Positions 7,416-15,457 are shown, numbered from the stretch's first letter. The stretch is DNA of 17,901 nucleotides from an uncultured archaeon (GCA_964480435.1 CAYZSS010000017.1:1-17901), one strand, 5' to 3'. Numbers and translations: made by a program. The notes: generated from the sequence alone by a model not told the origin.

Positions 7416-7550
7416 GTTATTTAGTAGATAGCAAAGGTATATAACATTTTTTATGTTATATTATATACCTAAAAGGTGGTTAAATGTTCAAGTTTGTGAT
7501 TTCTGAAATGAGAAATCAAAACAGGCAACATAAATATTGGATGTGGGTTT

Positions 7551-8318
7551 ATGTTCAAAAAGTTGTTTTTGCTGACGGTAATTATGTTAATTGGTTTTTC
7601 CTACTCTATTGGCTTTGTTAAACCAGTGGATTACGATATAGAATCAGGAGAAATAAGCTCTTTTGCTGAAATAATGCCTGGACAGGTTTTAGAAATCTCT
7701 TTGTTATCAACATATGATAAAGAGAGTATTACTAACGTTGCCTTAGGCTATGATAACACAGCTTTCTCTGTAGGGAATATAAACTATGGGAATCCATTTA
7801 TCGATATTTCATTAAATGTTAAAGATGCAGCCCTGCCAGGAAACTATAAACTTAATTTTGATATTACCACTAATAATGGGAAAAGAACTATTGACGCCTA
7901 CGTAATGGTTTCAAAATCGCTTATTAGGGCACAACTTTTCTTTGTAGGAAACGAGTTTAGTTTGCATAATGAAAAAGATTTCAAAGTAATAGTCGAAAAC
8001 CCAAGTGATGGGGCAGTAAGTTGTATATTTAAGTCTAATTTAGCTGATTCTTGGATATTATATAAAAAGGTGGAACTTAAACCGCGGGAAACCAAAGAAT
8101 TAAGTAATGTCTTTATTGCAAATAATATAGGGGATTATGATATAGATTTTTGTTGTGAGAATCAAAAAGGAATAAATCTTTTTAGTCTTAATAAAAAATT
8201 AAAAATAATCACAACCCATAATGAAGAAGAAAAATTTCAGTATTTTGCATATCCAATAATCAACAACTCTTTGTCTCCGTTTTATGCAATACTAAATTAT
8301 TTGTCACAATTGTACTAA
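7551..8318 (+). CDS. secreted or membrane-anchored hypothetical protein with beta-sandwich (CARDB-like) repeats
   Basis: Classical signal peptide MFKKLFLLTVIMLIGFSYSIG. Two segments carry the adhesion-domain-like pattern (LPGNYKLNFDITTNNG; KVIVENPSDGAVSC...VELKPRETKELSNVFIANNIGDYDIDF). The domain call is tentative. Confidence 0.55.
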   Translation: MFKKLFLLTVIMLIGFSYSIGFVKPVDYDIESGEISSFAEIMPGQVLEISLLSTYDKESITNVALGYDNTAFSVGNINYGNPFIDISLNVKDAALPGNYKLNFDITTNNGKRTIDAYVMVSKSLIRAQLFFVGNEFSLHNEKDFKVIVENPSDGAVSCIFKSNLADSWILYKKVELKPRETKELSNVFIANNIGDYDIDFCCENQKGINLFSLNKKLKIITTHNEEEKFQYFAYPIINNSLSPFYAILNYLSQLY

Positions 8319-8351
8319 AAGAATAAATCCTTTTTCTATTTTTTATTTATT

Positions 8352-9914
8352 ATGCAGAATATAAAAGCTTACTCTAAAGAGTTAATCAAAGTTTTAAAAT
8401 CTAAAGACAAAGTTACTCAGCTTGAACTAAATTCTATTAAAATGAAAATTTGTAAAAAATATAAGCTAAAGCAACTTCCACTTAATTCAGAAACTTTAGA
8501 ATACTGCTCAAAAAAAGATAAAGAAAAAATAAAACAAATTTTACAAATAAAAAATATAAGAGTTAATGCAGGGGTAAATGTTATAGCTGTAATGTCCCCC
8601 CCCTCAAAATGCCCTCACGGAAGATGTGTTTTTTGTCCAGGCGGGGTGACCGAAAAATTGCCACAGAGTTATACTGGCTTTGAGCCTGCTGCGATGAGGG
8701 CAAAACAAAATCATTATGATCCCTATAGGCAAACAGAGAACAGATTATCACAATTATTAAATGTGGGTCACCAGGTATCTAAATTAGAAATAATTGTTAT
8801 GGGTGGCACATTTCCTGCACAGGATTTTTTGGTTCAAAAAAAGTTTATGAAAGGTATTTTTGATGGGATTTCTTTTGAAGATAAAAAGTCAAAAACTTTT
8901 GATTTAGCAAAGAAAAAAATGGAGACATATAAATATAGACCAATAGGTGTTACCTTTGAAACTAGACCCGATTGCGCAACAAGTGAGCAAATAAAACAGA
9001 TGCTTTATCTTGGGGGCACAAGAATTGAATTAGGCGTTCAACATCTTGATAATAAAATATTAAAACTAAATAATAGAGGACATACAGTAAAAGATATTAT
9101 TCTTACTACTCAAAGATTAAAAGATGCAGGCTTCAAAGTTTTATACCACATAATGCCCGGGCTTTATGGTAGCAATTACAAAAAAGATTTAGCTGATTTT
9201 AAAAAATTATTTGCTTCTGATTTTGCGCCTGATATGCTAAAAATCTACCCTTGTCTCGTTATAAAAGGCACTGAATTACACAAACTTTGGAAATCAAAAA
9301 AATACGAGCCATACACAAATGAATTGTTTGAAGATTATCTTACAAAAATTTACAGTAAAATCCCTTATTGGGTAAGGGTTATGAGAGTCCAGAGGGATAT
9401 CCCCTCAACAAAAATAGAAGCAGGCCCTAAAAAAAGCAATTTTAGAGATATTGTACTAAAGAAATTAGACCCGTCAAAAATAAAAGAAATAAGAGCAAGG
9501 GAATTTGGAAAATCAAAACTTATTGACTCTGATGTAAAATACTTTTCTCAAAAATATAAAGCAAGCAAAGGAACAGAATATTTTATTTCTGCTGAATCGC
9601 CTGATAGAAAAACATTGTTTGGTTTTATAAGATTAAGATTTCCATACAAACCAATTATAGAAAATTTAAAAAATTCAGCAATAGTAAGAGAATTGCATGT
9701 TTATGGTAATATGACTTCTGTAGGTACAAAAAATAAAAATAGTTTAGGGCAGCATAAAGGAATAGGAAAAATATTGTTAGCTATGGCAGAAGATTTAGCA
9801 AAAACAAAATACAACAAAATTTCAGTTATTTCTGGAATTGGAGTAAGAGAATATTATTATAAATTAGGTTATAAATTAGATGGGGATTATGTCTCCAAGA
9901 TTTTAGGTGATTGA
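8352..9914 (+). CDS. elp3: Elp3-type radical SAM / GNAT tRNA-modifying acetyltransferase
   Basis: 520 aa. Radical-SAM cluster motif CPHGRCVFCPGG, TIM-barrel core (IIVMGGTF, ETRPD, RIELGVQ) and C-terminal GNAT (VRELHVYG...QHKGIGKILL). Confidence 0.92.
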   Translation: MQNIKAYSKELIKVLKSKDKVTQLELNSIKMKICKKYKLKQLPLNSETLEYCSKKDKEKIKQILQIKNIRVNAGVNVIAVMSPPSKCPHGRCVFCPGGVTEKLPQSYTGFEPAAMRAKQNHYDPYRQTENRLSQLLNVGHQVSKLEIIVMGGTFPAQDFLVQKKFMKGIFDGISFEDKKSKTFDLAKKKMETYKYRPIGVTFETRPDCATSEQIKQMLYLGGTRIELGVQHLDNKILKLNNRGHTVKDIILTTQRLKDAGFKVLYHIMPGLYGSNYKKDLADFKKLFASDFAPDMLKIYPCLVIKGTELHKLWKSKKYEPYTNELFEDYLTKIYSKIPYWVRVMRVQRDIPSTKIEAGPKKSNFRDIVLKKLDPSKIKEIRAREFGKSKLIDSDVKYFSQKYKASKGTEYFISAESPDRKTLFGFIRLRFPYKPIIENLKNSAIVRELHVYGNMTSVGTKNKNSLGQHKGIGKILLAMAEDLAKTKYNKISVISGIGVREYYYKLGYKLDGDYVSKILGD

Positions 9915-10326
9915 TATGGATTTTTTATTTATTTTATTGGTTTTTTGTGCGTTGGTAATTGGAATAATCATCGGTTTTGTGTTGATGAAAATCCAAATAT
10001 CAAAATATGAAAAAGAAATCTATACTCTTATAAAAGATAACAGAAAAGATGCAATAAAAAGATCAAGGTCTGTTATTTCTGGGTTATTAAATGAACAGTT
10101 AGCTCCATATCTGCCAAACTTTCCATATAAACCATCTGAGATAAAGTTTTTTGGAAAACCCATTGATTTCGTGGTTTTTAAAGGGATGGATTCTGGAAAA
10201 ATAGAGGAAGTTGTGTTTGTAGAGGTAAAAACTAACACTTCTGGTCTAAATAATATGGAAAAGAGCCTAAAAGAGGCTATAAACAATAAGAAAGTTAAGT
10301 GGTTTGAATACAGAATACTTAAATAA
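9907..10326 (+). CDS. membrane-anchored endonuclease-like protein distantly related to archaeal Holliday junction resolvase (COG4741-type); likely starts at ATG 9916
   Basis: N-terminal TM helix FLFILLVFCALVIGIIIGFVLM. C-terminal core GKPIDFVVFKG...EVVFVEVKTNTS is typical of restriction-endonuclease-fold resolvase-like proteins. AGGTGA (9905-9910) precedes ATG 9916, which lies 1 nt after the elp3 stop. Confidence 0.5.
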   Translation: MIDMDFLFILLVFCALVIGIIIGFVLMKIQISKYEKEIYTLIKDNRKDAIKRSRSVISGLLNEQLAPYLPNFPYKPSEIKFFGKPIDFVVFKGMDSGKIEEVVFVEVKTNTSGLNNMEKSLKEAINNKKVKWFEYRILK

Positions 10327-10358
10327 ATATACCTTCCTTTTTTAATAAAGGTGAAAAA

Positions 10359-10835
10359 ATGGCAGTTCTTGATCAATACGATTTTAAGATACTACAAATA
10401 CTTATAAAAGATGGTAGAGCGTCCTTTAGTAACATTGCTAAAGAGATTGGAATAAGCGACGTAGCAGTAAAAAAAAGATTTGAAAGACTAATATCTAAAA
10501 AAATAATTAAGCAAATATCTTTGGATATAGGTTATGATGTAGTTGGATTCCAAGGGATGTTTTTAATCCTATTAAAAGCAAATAATTATTTTTATAAAAA
10601 AATAATGGCATCACTAAAATCAGAAGATTTTGTAAAAACAATTTATAGAACAACAGGTGATTTTAATATAACCTTTTTCTATCTTGTTCCAGACATGTCG
10701 CAAATAGAATTGTTGGATAATGTTTTAACAAAGCTAGAAGGGGTAATTGATTTTAAAATATTAATTATAACAGGTAAAGAATATGAAAAAGATTCATTAC
10801 CACTGTCAAGTTTGCAAGTGTATTATAGGCACTAG
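10359..10835 (+). CDS. Lrp/AsnC family transcriptional regulator
   Basis: 158 aa. HTH_AsnC segment DFKILQILIKDGRASFSNIAKEIGISDVAVKKRFERL followed by a RAM-type C-terminal domain. AGGTGA lies 6 nt upstream. Confidence 0.85.
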   Translation: MAVLDQYDFKILQILIKDGRASFSNIAKEIGISDVAVKKRFERLISKKIIKQISLDIGYDVVGFQGMFLILLKANNYFYKKIMASLKSEDFVKTIYRTTGDFNITFFYLVPDMSQIELLDNVLTKLEGVIDFKILIITGKEYEKDSLPLSSLQVYYRH

Positions 10836-10879
10836 CAAATTTTATTTATACTTTTTAAAAAATATACTGGTGTGACTTT

Positions 10880-10903
10880 ATGAACAAGAAAACTTTTTGC
10901 TAA
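10880..10903 (+). promoter_or_regulatory. 7-codon upstream mini-ORF (MNKKTFC*) in the topA leader with a duplicated RBS and start
   Basis: The 16-mer GGTGTGACTTTATGAA at 10869-10884 is repeated exactly at 10937-10952, where it provides the RBS and ATG of topA. Translation of the mini-ORF is not shown. Confidence 0.3.
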
Positions 10904-10947
10904 AAAGGCAAAATGTTTCAGGCTCATAAAATATAAGGTGTGACTTT

Positions 10948-13008
10948 ATGAAAACAATAATAATTTCTGAGAAACCAATTGCTGGAAAAAAAATATCTGA
11001 AATTCTTTCTAAAAAAAACTTTTCCTCTAAAGTATATAACAAAGCACCATATTTTGAATTTTCAGATAAAAAATTAGGAGAAGTAACTCTAATTCCATTA
11101 AAAGGACATATTTCAGATGTTGCATTTCCTCCCAAATATGCTAGATGGCTTGGAACAGATATTAGATTGCTTGTAACAAACCCTGAAATAAAATATTTAA
11201 TGAAAGAGAAAGATATTGCTCATTTGTTGAAAAAATTTGCAGTTGGCGCAGAAAAAGTAATAATTGCAACAGATGCAGATAGAGAAGGAGAATCAATAGG
11301 AAAAGAGGCTGTTAATTACTTGCAAGAAGGAAATAGCAATATAGAAATAAAAAGGGCGTATTTTTCAGCAATAACTTCTGATGAGCTTGGAAAATCTTTT
11401 GATAACCTGCAAGAATTAAATTACAGTTTAGCTGATGCAGCAGACGCAAGAAGAGAAATTGATTTAATCTGGGGTGCAGTACTTACTAGGTATTTATCTA
11501 TTATTATTAAAAGAATGGGGCCTGATTTTTTATCAGCAGGTAGGGTTCAAAGCCCAACCCTTGCAAAGATTGTTGAAAAAGATTTAGAAATTGAGGGCTT
11601 TAAGTCAGAGAAATACTGGCAAATAGAATTGCTTTTGAAAAAGGGCGAAGAATTTACTGCCTTATATGAAAAAGAAAGAATAGAAAGCAATGAAATAGCA
11701 GAAAAAATATTTGATACAGTTAAAGACAAGGTTACTGTGAAATCGCTTGATAAGAAAAAAAGAAAAATTCCCAGGCCCGCTCCATTTAATACAACTGATT
11801 TTTTAAGAGAAGCAACAAAGCTTGGATTTTCTGCTGAAAAAGCAATCAATATTGCAGAAAACCTTTACATGAATGGATATTTAAGTTACCCTAGAACAGA
11901 CAATAGAAAATATGTAGGGGTAGATATTTTTAAAATTTTACAGGACCTAGAACCGGGATTTAAAAAAGAAGTAGCGAAACTAAGAAAACAAGATAAAATA
12001 GTCCCTTCTGAAGGGGTAGAAACAAAAGATCACCCCCCAATACACCCAGTTGGCTTATTAGAAGAAGATAAAACTTCCAAATATGAATGGAAAATATACA
12101 AATTAGTTGTTGATAGATTCTTTGCAACTCTTGCAGAAGATGCAGAAGCAAACGCAACTAAAGTAGTATTCTCTACTCCTGAATATTTGTTTGTATCTGA
12201 CGGATTAGAAATATTAAAATCCGGCTGGCTTGATTTTTATCCTTATAGAAAAGTAACAGAAACTTCAATTCCATCTTTAGAAATTGGGGAAGAAGTTCCA
12301 GTTCTTGATAAAAAAATTCTTGCTAAAGAAACAAAGCCTCCTCCAAGATATTCCCAAGGTACTCTGTTGAAACTTATGGAAGATCTGAACATTGGAACAA
12401 AAAGTACAAGACCAACAATAATAGAAAAATTATACTCTAGAAATTATATTGATGGAATAAAGCAAATTCTTTCTACTGAGATTGCTAAGGCAGTTATATC
12501 TGCCCTAAGCGAATATGCAAAAGAAATAGTAGTTCCTGAAACAACCGCAACTCTTGAAATGGAAATGACAGCAATAGAGAATAAAGAAAAAACTAAGGAA
12601 CAAGTAGTGAATGATTCCAGAGATGTTTTGTTGAAAATTGTTGATGAATTAATACTAAATAAGGCACTAATAGCAAAGAGATTGGTTATTGGCATAAATA
12701 AGTTTGATGCTTTTGGGCCTTGTCTTTGTGGCGGTAGCCTGCGTAAAATGAAGTCCAGGGTGGGCAAAAGCTTCTTAGGGTGTAGTAACTATCCCAACTG
12801 TAAAATAACCTACTCTCTGCCTCAAAAGGATATGTATATCTATAAAGGGAAGTGTCCTGTCTGTAATGCTCCAAAGATAGAGCTTAGGAAAGGTAGAAGA
12901 AAACACGAATTTTGTTTGAACCAAAATTGCCCAACCCAGAAAGAGTATGCCAGACAAAAGGAAGAAAGAGCAGCAAATAAAAAAGAAGATAAGGAAGAAA
13001 AAAAGTAA
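10948..13008 (+). CDS. topA: DNA topoisomerase, type IA (archaeal TopA / topo III-like)
   Basis: 686 aa. TOPRIM (MKTIIISEKP; ATDADREGE), QSPTL, catalytic-Tyr motif GYLSYPRTDN, and C-terminal Cys4 zinc ribbons (CLCGG...CSNYPNC; CPVC...CLNQNC). Confidence 0.93.
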   Translation: MKTIIISEKPIAGKKISEILSKKNFSSKVYNKAPYFEFSDKKLGEVTLIPLKGHISDVAFPPKYARWLGTDIRLLVTNPEIKYLMKEKDIAHLLKKFAVGAEKVIIATDADREGESIGKEAVNYLQEGNSNIEIKRAYFSAITSDELGKSFDNLQELNYSLADAADARREIDLIWGAVLTRYLSIIIKRMGPDFLSAGRVQSPTLAKIVEKDLEIEGFKSEKYWQIELLLKKGEEFTALYEKERIESNEIAEKIFDTVKDKVTVKSLDKKKRKIPRPAPFNTTDFLREATKLGFSAEKAINIAENLYMNGYLSYPRTDNRKYVGVDIFKILQDLEPGFKKEVAKLRKQDKIVPSEGVETKDHPPIHPVGLLEEDKTSKYEWKIYKLVVDRFFATLAEDAEANATKVVFSTPEYLFVSDGLEILKSGWLDFYPYRKVTETSIPSLEIGEEVPVLDKKILAKETKPPPRYSQGTLLKLMEDLNIGTKSTRPTIIEKLYSRNYIDGIKQILSTEIAKAVISALSEYAKEIVVPETTATLEMEMTAIENKEKTKEQVVNDSRDVLLKIVDELILNKALIAKRLVIGINKFDAFGPCLCGGSLRKMKSRVGKSFLGCSNYPNCKITYSLPQKDMYIYKGKCPVCNAPKIELRKGRRKHEFCLNQNCPTQKEYARQKEERAANKKEDKEEKK

Positions 13009-13018
13009 AAAAAGGCTT

Positions 13019-13762
13019 TTATCTTTTTAAATAAGAATCAAAAATATCAAATTTAGTAAGATAAATTATGGTTTTTGTTATTTCTAGAGCTGGTACTAAT
13101 ATTATTGTATTAATGATTAATCCAACTACTGCTCCAGCGGTTCCCCCGATATAGGTCCCTATTAAACCAACAATAAATATTAGAATTATAAAAACAATAT
13201 ATATTAAGAAAGTAGTTAGTTTGTGTTTTTTTATAAAATTATAATTGTGACGTAATCCAAATCGCAACCCCTCTTCATCAATTATTATAGACTGGGGGGT
13301 ATAGAAGATAAAAATTGAAGCAATTAAATATACTAAAGGCATAATGAATGCCACTACTGTTTTCGAAACTAAAAAGTACAAAATAAAGAATAAAATATTA
13401 AGTGATAAAATTAAAGTAAATATTTTTACTCCGGATTGTATTATGTGTTTTGACATTTCCATTTTCTTTACACCCTGGAATAAATCCCTTCTTACAACAA
13501 ATACAAGTATTGAGGTAAATAGAGCATAAACCAAGCTGGAAACAATTATTGCAAGCAAAATAAGTAAATAGATTCCAAAGCCATACCCTTTGGTGTAAAC
13601 AAAGGTTACATTATTATTTATTATAGAAAAAGCATAATTATTTAGTAATAAAGTAATAAATAGCCCTATTGCATATCCAATTACAACATGAAAGTGTTTA
13701 AAGTAGCTAGTAACACCATTAGTCAGTATATTTCTAAACTTTAACATTAATATCACACCCAA
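13019..13762 (-). CDS. polytopic integral membrane protein, function unknown (likely starts at ATG 13747)
   Basis: About six hydrophobic helices across the ORF. The listed start is a TTG inside GGGTGTGAT, and the ATG 5 codons downstream (MLKFRN) sits at SD distance from that motif. No family recognised. Confidence 0.6.
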   Translation of the reverse strand: MGVILMLKFRNILTNGVTSYFKHFHVVIGYAIGLFITLLLNNYAFSIINNNVTFVYTKGYGFGIYLLILLAIIVSSLVYALFTSILVFVVRRDLFQGVKKMEMSKHIIQSGVKIFTLILSLNILFFILYFLVSKTVVAFIMPLVYLIASIFIFYTPQSIIIDEEGLRFGLRHNYNFIKKHKLTTFLIYIVFIILIFIVGLIGTYIGGTAGAVVGLIINTIILVPALEITKTIIYLTKFDIFDSYLKR

Positions 13763-13830
13763 TATTATATTTTAGTCTAATAAATAAAAGAAGGAAAGGG
13801 ATTTAAATGTTTATTCTTATTTACTGTACA

Positions 13831-14068
13831 AAAAACCCAATTTTTGCTACCTGGTTCAGTCTTCCATGCAAGGCTAGTTTTTGGTGATAGTTTCCTTTTG
13901 AGAGGGAAACCTTTACTGGTGTGATCCCCCTTTTGTGCAGTTTCTCTCTGTTTTATATTTTAACTAAGAGGCGGGGGGGTTTGCGAAGTGCTATTCGCTA
14001 AAGTTAACCTTGGAGTTAACAAAAGTAAGCGAAAAGTTTAAATGGGCTTGGTGGTAGCCCATAGAAGG
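13831..14068 (-). ncRNA. candidate structured non-coding RNA, family not recognised; ends approximate, strand inferred
   Basis: G+C-enriched island in an AT-rich genome with no ORF. Perfect hairpins: GTTTCC/GGAAAC (13890-13910), GCGAA/TTCGC (13983-13998), GTTAAC/GTTAAC (14003-14020), ATGGGC/GCCCAT (14042-14062). On the minus strand there is no internal T5+ run, and the island ends in GGGTTTTTTG (T6, plus coordinates 13831-13836). The plus strand has two T5 runs early (13841-13845, 13878-13882). TATA-like boxes lie upstream in minus sense (14074-14081, 14091-14098). Confidence 0.35.
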
Positions 14069-14073
14069 ATAGT

Positions 14074-14081
14074 TTTATAAA
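14074..14081. promoter_or_regulatory. palindromic TATA-like box TTTATAAA, possibly bidirectional
   Basis: Centred about 27 nt upstream of ATG 14105, which fits a leaderless ATPase mRNA. It reads identically on the minus strand, where it would place a start near 14050 for the candidate RNA. Confidence 0.3.
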
Positions 14082-14104
14082 TAAGTAGCCTTATATATGT
14101 TACT

Positions 14105-15373
14105 ATGAAGAAAGATGTTTTTAAATTTATTATTAAAGAATTTCATGAAAGTCCACTTTTAGATACATATGCGCGTAGCCTACAGTTGCCGTCAACAAAA
14201 AAAATAATTGCTCTTGTTGGTTCAAGAAGGGCGGGAAAAACAAGCTATTTTTATAATTTAATAAAAAATCTTATTGAAGAAAAAAAAATAAAAAAAGATC
14301 AAATAATTTATATTAATTTTGAAGATGACCGCCTATATCCGTTGGAACTTGCAGATTTAAATGATTTGTTAGAGGCATATTATGAACTTTATCCTGATAA
14401 TAAAGAAAAGACAATTTATTTTTTCTTTGATGAAATACAAAATATAAAAAACTGGGAAAGTTTTATTAGGCGATTAGATGATACCAAAAAATCAAAAATA
14501 TTTGTTACTGGCTCAAGCTCAAAATTATTAAGTAAGGAAATAGCAACTGCATTGCGAGGAAGAAGCCTCGCCTACCACTTATTTCCGCTTAGTTTTAAAG
14601 AGTTTTTAATATTTAAAAAAATTGATCTAACTAAAAACTATGAGTATTCTTCACAGAGATTCAAAGTAAAAAATGCTTTGGAAGAATATCTGGAATTTGG
14701 GGGATTTCCAGAAGTAGTATTGGAACAGAAAAGATTAAAAAATAAAATATTAAGCAATTATTTTGATATGTTTATTTATAAAGATTTAGTTGAAAGATTT
14801 GCAATAAGAAACACCACTTTGTTAAAAAGCCTTAGTAAATACCTCTTAACCAATCTCTCAAACTTATTTAGTATAACCGCATATCATAAGGCCATTTCGA
14901 AAGAGATGCCAGTAGGAAAAGATACTCTTATGGAGTATTTGTCTTATTTGGAAGATATAAATTTTATGTATTTTCTGCAAATGTTTAGTTATTCTGCAAA
15001 AAAGCAGCAGCTAAATCCTAAAAAAGTTTATTGTGTTGATGGGGGGCTAAGAAATGTAGTGGCATTAAAAAATTCTAAAGATTTAGGTAGATTAGTAGAA
15101 AATATTGTGTTTATTGAATTAAAAAAACAAGAAAAAGAAATATATTATTGGAAAAACAATAATGAAGTTGATTTTGTAATAAAAAATAAAGATGCAACTT
15201 TAGAAGCCATAAATGTTACTTACACAAATGAAATAACTGAACGGGAAATAAAAGGTCTAAATGAATTTGAAAAAGAATTTAAGAAAACAAAGAAAGTAAT
15301 AATAACAAAAGACTTAGAAAAAGTTGAAGAGGGTATTACTTATATCCCTCTTTGGAAATGGCTCTTAATGTAA
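14105..15373 (+). CDS. AAA+ superfamily ATPase of the AAA_14 + DUF4143 type (COG1373)
   Basis: 422 aa. Walker A GSRRAGKTS, Walker B FFFDEIQ and an arginine-containing segment LRGRS. The C-terminal half (YCVDGGLRN...EVDFVI) resembles the DUF4143 nuclease-fold-like region typical of this family. Confidence 0.75.
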   Translation: MKKDVFKFIIKEFHESPLLDTYARSLQLPSTKKIIALVGSRRAGKTSYFYNLIKNLIEEKKIKKDQIIYINFEDDRLYPLELADLNDLLEAYYELYPDNKEKTIYFFFDEIQNIKNWESFIRRLDDTKKSKIFVTGSSSKLLSKEIATALRGRSLAYHLFPLSFKEFLIFKKIDLTKNYEYSSQRFKVKNALEEYLEFGGFPEVVLEQKRLKNKILSNYFDMFIYKDLVERFAIRNTTLLKSLSKYLLTNLSNLFSITAYHKAISKEMPVGKDTLMEYLSYLEDINFMYFLQMFSYSAKKQQLNPKKVYCVDGGLRNVVALKNSKDLGRLVENIVFIELKKQEKEIYYWKNNNEVDFVIKNKDATLEAINVTYTNEITEREIKGLNEFEKEFKKTKKVIITKDLEKVEEGITYIPLWKWLLM

Positions 15374-15457
15374 TGCACCCTAAGGCTAAATTAGTCTACA
15401 AAGTAAAAGCCTTTCTGTCTAACAAAGTTTCGCAGAATAAAAAAGGGAAAAAGATTA

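Noticed and set aside
7898-8095. 65-aa minus-strand ORF inside the 255-aa secreted-protein gene (7551-8318)
   Set aside because: It lies antisense within a longer ORF that has a clear signal peptide. I found no RBS and no recognisable motif in its product.
10020-10376. 118-aa minus-strand ORF opposite the nuclease-like gene
   Set aside because: It is an antisense shadow that spans the intergenic RBS of the Lrp gene and has no motif.
10878-12957. Six minus-strand ORFs (10878-11135, 11547-11849, 11960-12157, 12444-12767, 12686-12874, 12775-12957) within the topA region
   Set aside because: All are antisense to a full-length, motif-complete topoisomerase gene and overlap one another in different frames.
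13344-13529. 61-aa plus-strand ORF inside the membrane-protein gene
   Set aside because: It is antisense to a longer ORF with a coherent transmembrane pattern.
14042-14062. ATGGGC-TTGGTGGTA-GCCCAT hairpin as a tRNA D-arm or split-tRNA half
   Set aside because: The loop lacks A14 and A21. The flanking sequence gives no acceptor stem, anticodon arm or T-arm (no GTTCRANYC).
13807-14062. Short ORFs in the island (26 codons from ATG 13807 on plus; 23 codons from ATG 14062 on minus)
   Set aside because: They have no RBS at proper distance and lie too close to the putative TATA boxes. The products are featureless.
13831-14068. Assignment of the G+C-rich island to SRP RNA, RNase P RNA or a C/D-box sRNA
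   Set aside because: There is no properly closed GNAR-tetraloop helix with the AGCA-type symmetric loop. There are no GGAAAGUCC and ACAGAA..GGCUUA elements in the right order, and no RUGAUGA/CUGA box pair. Only a covariance-model search could settle this.
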